A stretch of DNA of 32,000 nucleotides from the NCBI RefSeq assembly GCF_000400465.1, contig NW_008806291.1, positions 1 to 32,000 on the forward strand. Direction: 5' to 3'. Numbering within the stretch: the stretch's first letter is position 1; each line of letters begins with the position of its first letter. The notes beneath the pieces were generated by a model. The model saw only the letters and a list, made by a program, of their open reading frames with translations, was not told where the DNA came from and did no database searches. Position numbers and translations under genes: made by a program. Source of the DNA: Wallemia ichthyophaga EXF-994 (taxonomy: Eukaryota; Fungi; Basidiomycota). Shown in pieces: positions 11,088 to 21,630 of this stretch.

Positions 11088-11273
11088 CTTAAATGTGTAA
11101 CGAATGTAGAAGTTAAGTAAATGAGTGTGTTAGTTGATTGTGATGGTTTGTTCTGAAAACGCTCCCTTCTATATTCTACCCTCGCCGTCAAACTAAATTA
11201 AATGTCACAAGGAATGTAAAATTTGACTCCGGAATGTGCAACGCTAAAAACATGAAAATCTTTATTCATTCAT

Positions 11274-13312
11274 TCAAAAATGTGTCAATGCATCAACTGC
11301 TATTATTCCGTCCGCGTCTAAGTAGGGATATCTCGATGTTTGTCAGATTTGTCTTAGAATGTAAAACACCCAACTCACCCCCATTTTACCAAAAATTCCA
11401 TCACGCCATGATTCAGCCTCTGTTTGGAAGCCCCTCGTAAAGGATCCTGCGTGCCGGTGTGCTTTGACTCGCCGACAAGGACGAAGGCCGTGCCGAGGAA
11501 GTGTTCTTTTTCTAACGCCAGCAGAAACTCTTCGAGCACCTCTACGCCTTCATTTGAATGCAAGCCGTGTAGATCGAGTACAGCCTCCATACGTTCATCG
11601 CCGCTAACGAGACCATCTCGCCCACTCATACCGAGCAATACACCGAGACTATTCCCGCAAGCCTTTCCTCTACTCCGTCTGCCAACTTCATCTCCTTCGT
11701 ATCCAGCTGTGCCAGCGCCTTGCACGAGCGCGTCTTGAATAGCCTTCCTCCTCTCCTTGACCAGCTTCGACGCGGCTTGGGCGTTCTCAACCGACATTTG
11801 TTCATTCATGGTCTGCGCCTCTTTCGAAAAGAGCTTAGCCGCACCACCGTCGCCTTTGCGGTAGGCGTCTGCGGCTTTCGAGAGGAGGGAGTTACGCGCA
11901 GTGCCGAGGGAGATGGATGTGTTGCGGTAGGTCATGTAGAGAGCGTTAAGGGTAGATCCCGTCGGCAGGGTGGGGAGGAGGGTTGGAGCGCGCAATTTGA
12001 TGCGCGGCGACGAGCGGGGTGTTTGAGAGGTAGAATTGAGGTTACTAGTGCGAGTGTTTTTCTTTCCACCATTCACACTTCCACTCCCACTCCCACTCAC
12101 CTTGCTCTTGTGCATCTGTGGCGGATTCACCTTGACTGCCGTCGACCAGCGTGGCGTGTATGGCTTGCGCTGCGCATTGTCTCGCGCGTTGTGTAGGTTA
12201 GGAAAGGCATCCTCGACAGACTGTACCTGCGCATGCTCCTCTCTCTCTTGTTGAGCGAGTATGTTCGCATTCGTCTCGAACATGCTCGTCAGCGTCGACT
12301 CTACATCCTGCACAGGCGGGAGCTGGTGAAGGAAATCACAGTTCTGCTTAATGCAGTTGCCTCTCAGCCAGAAACGACAAAGGGCGCGCTCAATGTCGTG
12401 CGAGAATCGACAGTCTGATCGCCTGCACTCGCCGGCAAGGTAGTAACGACATACCCTTCCGCCAGCGGGATTCTGATGACGTTGAGAAAGATTGTTGGGA
12501 GGTGCTTGGGATTGAGCGAGTGAACGCTTTTCTGATAGCTCATTAAGCGTGAGCTCAAAATCGAAGCTGTTTCCGGTGAGAGTTGATTCTAATTCGTCGA
12601 GAGAGACTCCGGAAGGAGCGAAAATGGACCAGAGAACGTCTAGAGGAGTCATACCGCTTCCTAAATCGAGAGTGGGGTCGTATTCGTCAGGTTGAGGGTG
12701 ATTTGCTTGGTTTTTCGAGTCTACGTTCAACTCGCTAGTACCGCCTGGTGGCTTAAACTCAGCAGCGCGTTTGTTGAGTGGACGGGGACTAGCCAAAGGA
12801 GAGCTAGGCTGACTACCGACAGCTGGAGGAAGAAAAGACTGCATCTGAGCATTGGACAATGATGGGGAGAGTACTAGCGGTGTAACTCTCCCGAAAGTCG
12901 GCGTTGTCGGTGCCTGCGTCGGTGTCCATGGACGGGAGGAAGGGCGCGATACAGGTCGAGAAGGAGTGCGCTTTTGAGTGAATGGTGCGCCTGTGAGGTC
13001 ATCCTTGTGTGCGTGCATAAGCTGCAGTATTTCCTCATCCGTAGGAGTTCTGCCAATCAAAGAGGCTAGATTTGATCGCAGCGAGATTTCCTTTTCCTCG
13101 AAATCCTTGTCTTCGTTGTCGAGGTGATTTATTAAGGTGTTTGTTATTCCTTCTGTATCGACGCTGGCATCCGCTAGCTTGGGCGTTGATGGCATTGAGG
13201 GCGTTGGGGATGCTGCAGATGCTACAGACGCTGTAGACGCTGCAGAGGCCACAGAGAATTTCTGCAGCGTCGACAAATAGCTCTTAGTGTGAAGATAAAT
13301 ATTAGTGGACAT
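11274..13312 (-). CDS. CCCH zinc-finger / DUF1771 / Smr-domain protein with PAM2-like and CUE-like segments; intron 11378-11332; N-terminus uncertain
   Basis: CRYYLAGECRRSDCRFSH and CRFWLRGNCIKQNCDFLH fingers, A..AY..GDG..AK..S (DUF1771-like), LDLHGLH (Smr) and LNKRAAEFKP (PAM2-like). The last exon reads GYPYLDADGIIAVDALTHF*. The ORF-track start at 13330 is TTG; the first ATG is at 13312. Confidence 0.88.
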
Positions 13313-13347
13313 GAGCGTTGGTAGATACAAGTCGATGATGTAAATTT

Positions 13348-14686
13348 CTAAAATAATTTTAAATTTCCAATTGGCTGGGATGCTGGTTGAGATACATCTG
13401 CATCACGACCCATTAGACTAGAGAATAGTTCACTAATCTGTGAATCTGGCCAGGCTTCTTTAGATGGTGGTATGGGTACCATGAAATTTTGCAGTTTGTC
13501 GTGGACATTGTATCTAATTCGGATAAGATGGGGTGTACACTGTTAAACGCATCTCACTTACTTGATCTTTCTCCCTTTCGTTGCCCTCGTATCGATATCC
13601 TTTTTTACTTTATTTTTGTTGGGTTTGAGTGGTTGCTCTGGGTTGGCTTCACCTGTTTTGCTTTCTATTATCTCCTTCAAGAGTGTTTGGTAAAAGTCAC
13701 CATCATCAAACACTTCAGCCTCAAATTGACCAGTTGTGGCGTTGTTTCCCCTTCTAACACCAACTCTACTTCTCAGTTTGGGTAATTCTCGCATAACATC
13801 CTCCACTTGCGACCAAGCATCTTTGCTCACTGCAGAGAAACCTTTAGTTGAAGCGAGAGATACTTTATTGGATGTTGTTTTGAGTGTGTCGATCAGGTGA
13901 GGCTCGTAGCTGTTTGCTAAATTAAAAGAATCTTGTGCAGCTTGTTGGGGATATTCTTTGATAGTAGAATCATTGGAAATAATAGTATCATCCAATCGCA
14001 CTCTTTTACGTGGTGGAATCGACGTATTTGAGTCATATTTGATAAATTTTTCACGTATACTAAACAAACTCTCAGTGAGCTCATTTAGGGAGGACAGAGT
14101 TGATTGAATATCATCTTCATTTCCGGTAACAAAGTCATTATCTTCATCTGCGCAAATGACATTAACTTGATTTACAGCTTTCTGTATACCAATACGCATT
14201 TCGAGTAGCTTATCGTATGCTTGTAATTGAGCAATAACAGCAAGACCACGCTGTTTATCGAGGTTTTGAGAGTATTGGAGGGATTCTTGGAGGGATTCTT
14301 GTGGGTCCTGGTGTTCCTGGGAGTCGTGAGCATCGTGAGCATCGTGAGCATCATGGGCGTTGTTATCCGAGCCAATGTTATCGTCATCTGAGTCTGGATT
14401 ATCATCATCGTCGTCGCTTTCAACGATACCAAAAGGCTGCGATTGCTGTTGCTGTTCATCCTCATCATCCTCATCACCCTCATCGGGTAAAGCACTCTTC
14501 GCAGTCATGAAGCTCTGATCAATGTCATCGTCGTCATCACTATCACTGTGATTACCAAAGATGTGATTTCTAGAAGATTTGTTGCCAGAGTATTTGATAT
14601 CATCTAGCTGTGGGTGGTTTCTAAGTGTAGATCCTTGTAAGCGTGTGCACTCCACTCGAAAACTAAGCAACTAACTTTAATGACAT
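13348..14686 (-). CDS. BFR2: Protein Bfr2 / AATF (90S pre-ribosome factor)
   Basis: LDDIKYSGNKSSR, YDKLLEMRIGIQKAV, FDDGDFYQTLLKEII and DIDTRATKGRKIK|YNVHDKLQNFMVP...ISELFSSLMG..LKLF* (intron 13561-13514). The start is inferred as ATG 14686 plus a 55-nt intron 14675-14621 (MSLK|NHPQ), because the track start at 14670 is TTG. Confidence 0.88.
14319..14354. repeat. 9-bp coding tandem repeat (TCGTGAGCA)n encoding HDA repeats in Bfr2
   Basis: Visible directly; translates as AHDAHDAHDAHD on the minus strand. Ends are approximate. Confidence 0.7.
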
Positions 14687-14709
14687 ATAAATTTATATCT
14701 ATCTCTTTA

Positions 14710-15786
14710 ATGATGACCGACGAGGATCAAGGGATTAAATTTGGCGTTGAAAGTGGGATTGCTGGGGAGACTAAGAATATTATAGAGGACACTTGGAATA
14801 TAATAGACGAAAATTCAGATATTCAAGGGAATCGAGAAAACACTTCAAATTCACCAAAAGAACCAGAAGGATTTGCTTTGATTGAAGATTGGGATGGTTC
14901 TTTGATATTTGGTCATATCGACGAAGACAGACATTTGAATGATCTAATGGTTGATATTGGCGGTGTAAATGAGGTGGTTGATGAGGATGATCGCGATGAC
15001 GACGAGGATGACGACGACGACGACGACGGCGACACCGCCCATACGCCCACTGGATACACCACGGATGAAGACATACCCAGTCTCCCTCAAGGTGTAGCTG
15101 CGATACAAGCAACTCAATTCACTCCAACACCCACACCTACACCTTCTAGCCCGATTAAAGAAGGACGTAAACCACAAATGGGTCATTTCCATAATCCCTT
15201 AATCGGCGATATCCATAGAGTGGCTAGAGAGGGCGTTCCCCTCGCTCGATTTACCAACACACACAACCAAACAAACGGTAATTCAATCATTATCGACCAT
15301 AAGCACAAGCCAGTGCCTTCTCCTTACTCAGATTTCTATTTGGTGGGCAATCAACGACGGTGTACGCGTGAGGACAGTGAAAGTGAATCGCCAGTGAGGA
15401 GTACAATCCCCCAGCAACCACTATCCCTAGATGATGTCATTGACACTTCAACGCTCAGTGATACGCCTTTAGAAATAGCAGATTCATCTGCGCATACTCA
15501 ACACACTCGCTGGGATAGAATTCCTATTGGTGCTTTCTCCATGTCCCAAAGTGATTTCAACGATAAAGGTGTAAATCCAACTCACCCGCACCTTATAGCG
15601 TCTGCGAGGAGCAGCAAATCAAACAGCCCGCACAACCCCCCAAAACATCGCAAATCTCGCCCTAAACAGCCCTCACCACTTGTGTTCCCTAGTGATGGCA
15701 GCGGTCAGGGCCACTACGCAACGCCACAATCAACGCGCAGGAAGGGCAAGAGTAGAGAGGCCACGATTAACCAATTAGACATATAG
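14710..15786 (+). CDS. Acidic/disordered protein, possibly Ifh1/Crf1-like transcription cofactor; start could be 14680, 14710 or 14713
   Basis: Single long ORF with a poly-Asp tract, [23 protein letters not shown] and [18 protein letters not shown] blocks. These are reminiscent of the CRF1/FHB region of Ifh1-family proteins. Family assignment is from memory and unverified. Confidence 0.6.
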   Translation: MMTDEDQGIKFGVESGIAGETKNIIEDTWNIIDENSDIQGNRENTSNSPKEPEGFALIEDWDGSLIFGHIDEDRHLNDLMVDIGGVNEVVDEDDRDDDEDDDDDDDGDTAHTPTGYTTDEDIPSLPQGVAAIQATQFTPTPTPTPSSPIKEGRKPQMGHFHNPLIGDIHRVAREGVPLARFTNTHNQTNGNSIIIDHKHKPVPSPYSDFYLVGNQRRCTREDSESESPVRSTIPQQPLSLDDVIDTSTLSDTPLEIADSSAHTQHTRWDRIPIGAFSMSQSDFNDKGVNPTHPHLIASARSSKSNSPHNPPKHRKSRPKQPSPLVFPSDGSGQGHYATPQSTRRKGKSREATINQLDI

Positions 15787-15895
15787 ACTGTGTATGACTT
15801 GTACGAGTATATTTATTTTTTACGATTATTTTTTCAACTCGGCCTCAGCCAATCGCGGCTTCTCAATAACTACGAGCACACAAGCCACAAGCCAA

Positions 15896-16620
15896 ATGAT
15901 TACGAGGGGCGTAAACAGAGTAGCAAGTAATTTAAAATACAGCGGTGTTCTTAACCTCGGTGGCATTAGGGGATTCGCCACTCCACAGACAGGACCTCAC
16001 GTTGTAGCCTCCCAAGCACCAGGCAACAACACCAAAGCAGCGGCAGTGAAGCACCATGCTCAAAGACCTGGAAGTGCGCTGGATAAGGCCAGTGAGCTGT
16101 TTTTCTTTACGGAGATATTGAGGGGTATGTGGGTAGTAGCTGAGCAAGCGTTCAAGCCACCGTACACCATCATGTACCCATTCGAGAAGTCTCCTCTGTC
16201 GCCACGGTTCAGAGGCGAGCACGCTCTCAGACGCTATCCTACGGGTGAGGAGAGGTGTATTGCGTGTAAGCTGTGCGAGGCTATTTGCCCAGCTTCTGCA
16301 ATCACCATCGAGAGCGAGGCGAGAGACGACGGTGCGCGTAGAACGACGCGTTACGATATCGACATGACCAAGTGTATCTACTGTGGCTACTGTCAGGAGG
16401 TGTGTATTGCTGTTTTGGGTTTTTCCCCGTTTTTTTCACTCGCTGACACAACAATCTTCAGGCCTGCCCAGTCGACGCTATTGTCGAGACACAGAACGCA
16501 GAATACTCAACTGAAACCCGTGAAGAACTTCTCTACAACAAGGAGAAACTCCTCGCTAACGGTGACAGAGCGGAGGCTGAGATCGCTGCAAACATTGTCG
16601 CTGACCACCCATACCGCTGA
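15896..16620 (+). CDS. NDUFS8: NADH:ubiquinone oxidoreductase 23 kDa Fe-S subunit (TYKY/NDUFS8); intron 16400-16461
   Basis: Mitochondrial presequence-like N-terminus, [39 protein letters not shown] and CIYCGYCQE|ACPVDAIVE (two 4Fe-4S motifs), C-terminus [14 protein letters not shown]. Confidence 0.97.
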
Positions 16621-16708
16621 ATGAATCAAATAATACATGTACATATTCAAATCCATTTTCTCATTTTCACGTACCTGATTCTTGCATTGCCATTGCTCCC
16701 GAACCACC

Positions 16709-17471
16709 ATGGCACACGCACGCAACACGAGCACACACTCACACTCACATTCACACTCGCTTTCACACATTATGCGCGAGAACAGCCTCCCAGAAGAACC
16801 AATTGGTTTGGCAGCGGATAGGATTGATGTGGGTTGGCTGGCCACTAGAGGCGGCGCACGCTAACGCAGATTTAAACCCAGGAAGGAGCCGGCAACGCAC
16901 AGACACGCCCCGGAGACGATTTCAGACTCGCAGGCGCTTTCGATATCCCGCCCGTTTACGAGGAGCGCCATGGGAGGTCGCATAGCAGGGCTAACTCGGG
17001 GGCACACGCCGAGGGACACAGGAGAAGGAGCTGCAGCCATGGACATGCCCGCAGTCGTTCGAGGCATGCATATGAGCGCGATTTGGAGCGTGGACAGGAG
17101 GTACAGCAGCAGCAGGATCAGACACCGGAGCAGAACACACAAAACACTCAAAACACACAAAACACACAAAACACTCACTCCCACAATACCACACGCAACA
17201 CCCCCTCCACCCAGCAAACCACCAAACACCTCCCAGAACTCAGCTACCACCCCCACAAGGCTAGACCACAGATTCCCAATAGAGCTTCTAGCAACGAACG
17301 CCGGCGTAGCCAGCCTATAGGCCTGGGCTCGGACAGGATTAATGTGAGTGCTGTTGTGTGCTGTTGCTGCCCCACTCACTCACCACTCACCCACCACAGG
17401 AAGGCGGAGACGCGACGGACAACAAAGTCGCCGGCCATACGTATTCCTTCTCGACAGACGGGGGAAAATGA
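16709..17471 (+). CDS. Hypothetical 217-aa His/Arg/Gln-rich protein; exons 16709-16828, 16882-17343, 17400-17471
   Basis: Two phase-0 introns (GTGGGT..CTAAC..CCCAG, 53 nt; GTGAGT..CTCAC..CACAG, 56 nt) join fragments into one ORF with two copies of PIGLxxDRIx|EG. Not recognised as a known family. Confidence 0.7.
17131..17175 (+). repeat. 9-bp coding tandem repeat (CAAAACACW) x5 encoding QNT repeats
   Basis: cagaacaca caaaacact caaaacaca caaaacaca caaaacact. Confidence 0.85.
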
Positions 17472-17604
17472 GTTGTGACGTTTGAATCGTTTGAATCGTT
17501 TACCGTCTATTGTTTGTGTGCTCGACAGACGCCAGCAACTCAAGTGTAACAATAACACTAAAGAATCTATGTATTGTGCCCTATACTCCACTCTACACTC
17601 CCAC

Positions 17605-19326
17605 CTACTGCCTACGCCTGTAATGCAATCTCGAGCCTGGCTGGGGAAGGACGATCATGCTAGTGTAGTCCTGCGCAGGCACACCGCCCCTGCTTTCAAA
17701 CGTCAACTCCCTCACCAGCGTGGCGATGATAGTCGACAGCTGAACGTAAGCGAATTGTTCACCGATGCACCTGTGTCTCCCTGCGCCGAATGGCTGATAA
17801 GGCGAGCTAGTGCCTTTGGAGATAGCGCCGAAGCCGTAATCCACCGTCTCTCCTTTATCGTCTTTCTCCGCGAGCTCCTTCTCGCTACTATGAGTGGTCC
17901 ATCTCGAAGGGGAGAAAGCTTCTGCGTCGCTCCAAAGCAAAGGGTCGACAGCGCTAACGCCTGGGCACGCAACGACGTAGTGTCCTTGCGGTATGACATA
18001 AGCGTCCTGCTCCGATGGTGCACTAAGAGACGTAGGGACGGGGATATCAGTGCGCACCTTGCGCAAAATTGAGTGAATGGGCGGATGAAGTCGGAGTGTC
18101 TCGCGGATGACACTGTCGAGAATACTGCACGAGCGCAGTCCATCGAGCGTGAGAGGCGCGAGTGTACCATCGTCGCGACCAAACTGTCTTACTTGCTCGT
18201 CGTACACTGCCTCCACTACATCCGGTTGCGCACCTAGGTGGAAAAGAGCCCAGCTACTCGTCGCTGATGATGTGTGCTGACCCGCCATTAACAGCGCTAT
18301 CATTATATGCGCAATTTCCCGGTCATTCAATGCGCGTCCATCCTTATATGTGCATTCCATCAAAGAGGCTATCATATCGTGCTCATGGCTGCCGTCAGCA
18401 CGGCGACGACGTATAATGTCTCCATAGAAATCCGACATCTTCTGCTGGGCAACGTCGCGACGTCGATATGAGGGTAGTGGGAGATTCGGGAACATGAACT
18501 GGTGGGAGATAGGAATTAGATTAGCGACCGATAAGCCCTGTGTTGAAACTCACATTCAACGGCGTAAAGCCTCCGTCGAGGTCGTGGTACATATCGGCAA
18601 ACGACTTGTCGAGCCCATCGCGCACCTCTTTGCCCTGCAGAGTGCGACTGGCAGTGAGAATGGTAAGCTCAGACATGGCTTGAAAGCAATGGAAATCGCC
18701 AACGCGGTTTTCGCGTGATTGATACGCTTCGAAAGCCGCGTCGCGGTTAAGGAACTGCATGGTCTCGTCTGCGATCATCTCGACGTACATCTTGAGATTC
18801 TCAGCAGATAGACCTGATTTGACAAACTTCTTCTGCTCCATCAGGACGCTGTTTGGGACATCATACACGACGTCTTTTCCGAAGCTGAAGGCGTGAGGCG
18901 TGGCTGTGAGCTGGTGTTCGAGCAAAGCAAAACACTCACACCGGGGTCGTTAGGTGCGTGTACGCGTCCTCTGCGCTGACCTGGCTCAACTTGCCGTTGA
19001 GAATAAGGTCGTTGCCGCGCGGGCCGAGCGCAACAGTCATCCTGCGACCGAGGAGGATAAAGGTGAATACTGGGCCGTATTTGGCGCGGTTGGTGAACAT
19101 GAATTTGTAGGGATCCATCCCGTAGCTGATTGTACTGCCGATGAAGGGGACCATGTGGAAGACTAGGGGCGGGGAGTTGCGTGATTTGAATGGGGGCTTT
19201 GGCGGTTGTTAGTGGTTTGTAGTAAATAGGCCGATGCTTGCTCACCAGCTGGCTGAGTACATTGACAACTATCGCTAGCAGGACAAAAGCAATTCCACCC
19301 AATAAATACTGGGGCAGAGTGCTCAT
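17605..19326 (-). CDS. ERG11: Sterol 14-alpha-demethylase (CYP51), 4 exons
   Basis: N-terminal TM anchor, [24 protein letters not shown]|[29 protein letters not shown] (I-helix), ETLR (ExxR) and [16 protein letters not shown] (heme Cys). Confidence 0.97.
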
Positions 19327-19945
19327 GGAGGTGTATCCAGATATCAACGATTGAACACAGGGCATTTCAACTAATATCGTCGTCGTCGTTGGCTCAAACG
19401 GGCTAATGGCTGTAAGGGGCGAGAAGACATCAGGTCATTTTATAAAGTCGTCTGATATGAGCTATAGGGATATCATCGTGATGCTGCAAACGAGCTGGTT
19501 ATTTTGGTGCTACTTTTAGGTCTCTACGGATGGTATTTGTGTTGCAGGTTTGTTGACGGTGTATCTCCACAATGGAGGGAGATGGGAGCACGGGGATTGG
19601 TGTGTGGTATACTCCCCTTAGCACCAGCGCCCCCTCCAAATCTCAGCTACTTTTGAGCATTTCACCCAAATTCACCGCCAAGCCTGCTCCGTCGCCGATC
19701 AGTCATTGACGGGTGACAGAATATTAAAAGCGTGAGAATCCTTGTTTATCAATTACATCCATCATCTAATTGGGTTAAATTGAATTCATTTCGTAGGTGG
19801 CGCTGGCTGCGGCTGTGCCTGGGCTGTGTTTGTTTGTTGATCGCTGGCTGACACAGACGCAGGTTTTTCTCAGCACTCGTTTTTTCAACACTGTCAGTCA
19901 GCTCGGCTCAACTGCATCCGCTCACCCACTCCAACACAGCCCCAA

Positions 19946-20994
19946 ATGTTCAACACTCTTGCCATCGCTCTCGCCACAACAGCCACGGCTTGGCCACTCC
20001 TCTCCTCCAGACAGGACCAGGGATCAGCAGCTGTATTCAACTGCAGCCACGACTTTGCTTTGACGTACGATGATGGTCGTTGCTCTCTCTCTCTCTCTCT
20101 CTTGCTCTTCTCACTACCCAATCAGGCCCTTACATCTACGGTAACGAGCTCACCGATTACTTCTCTAATGCTGGTCATCTATACGTCAGTTGCTCTGCTT
20201 AAATTGTGAAATTTCTCATGAAAATTTTCACAGACGAGATTCATCAACGGAAACAACTGGAGATGCATCTACGACGAGGATATGGTACAGTCTATTCAGT
20301 ACTCGCACTCCAAGGGCCATCTCATCGGTTCACATGGCTGGTCTCATGCCTCTTTCAACGACATTACAAGAGAGCAACTCGACAGCGAGATTGAGCAGGT
20401 AGATGAAGCTCTCATGAAGATTATCGGCGTCACAACCAAATACGTCAGACCACCATACGGGAGTTGCGATGCGGGTGAATATTTTCAGTACCCCAACACA
20501 GACCCACGTTGCTAACAAACAAGACGCAGGCTGCGTGGATTACCTGCAGAACACCAAAGGAAAGACAGTCGTACAATGGTCTGATGACAGTGGTGTGTGG
20601 AGTGTAGGTGCTACATGGTGGACATACTAACACACATCCCTCAGGTGACTCAGCAGGTGCCAGTTCAGATCAGGTGATCAACTCGATCCAGAAATGGGCT
20701 AATGATGGTGCCCCTCATCTCGTTCTCGACCATGAAGTCCACCAATCTTCTGTGGGTGTGGGATTGTAGGAACGTGAAATGTCTAACAATATTCTACAGG
20801 TGGAAACAGTGGTTCCTGCTATAATGCCTTTCTTCGATGGTCGCGTGCTCACTACAGTGGCACAATGTATCGACGACGCCTCGTACCTTCAAACGGGCAG
20901 TTTGGGTGTCAGAGATGAGACATGGACTTGTTCCGATAAACCAACTATCAAGGCTACGCCGGGATCGAACCCAGATGCTAGTGGTGGTTATTAA
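19946..20994 (+). CDS. Secreted CE4 (NodB) polysaccharide/chitin deacetylase, 6 coding exons; paralog of 10174-11087
   Basis: Signal peptide, TYDDG|P, NGNNWRCIYD, HGWSH, RPPYG, DS|GDS, LDHE, TTVAQC and RDETWTC. Five GT-AG introns restore the frame. Confidence 0.9.
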
Positions 20995-21630
20995 AAGGGA
21001 GATGCTGCTTACTTGGACGAAAGTCAGACTGACTTCCGCAACTAACACATGACAATGGACATGAACACTTTCTTTTCATCTCTTTTATCAAACAATCACA
21101 CTAGTCATAGCTACTTGGTTATTGTACCTCGTTAATGGATTTGCTTGACTAACCCTTATTAGTCGGGTGTCTTGCCTTTTCTTGGCGTGTATATCGGATG
21201 TATATCGGTGTGTGTATTGGAGTTATGGTTTATTGTTCACGTGCCGTATCACAACTACCCGCTTTGAATGGACATAGTCAACATACGTCATTTTCATCCA
21301 GCTCAAACCTTGCAGTTGTAGCTGTAAGTGGACTTGAGTGGAGTTGAGTGGTATATACGCATCCCAAATTCACCAACTATTCCACCACGTAAACCTCGCA
21401 AACAACAAATAGAACTTCAACGGCCGATGTTCATTAGTCCACCAAGATCGGAACAAGCAGCAGCACATGTAAGAGGAATCCCCGACGCCATCTGAATTCT
21501 TTTAGCGCTATTAAAATTCACTTGACGAATTACATCGCTTCTTTCTCTGCTACCATCAACTTCAGTGCGTCTTCTTCTCGGCACGAGCGGTTAACGAGGA
21601 AGCGAGCAAAATTGACGAATTCACAATAGA

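Noticed and set aside
17605-19326. Azole-resistance substitutions in CYP51
   Set aside because: Residues equivalent to Candida Y118, F126, Y132, K143, G464 and R467 appear wild type by eye.
20955-20985. GGGTTCGATCCC on the minus strand resembling a tRNA T-loop
   Set aside because: The T-stem does not pair properly, there is no cloverleaf, and it lies in the deacetylase coding tail (TPGSNP).
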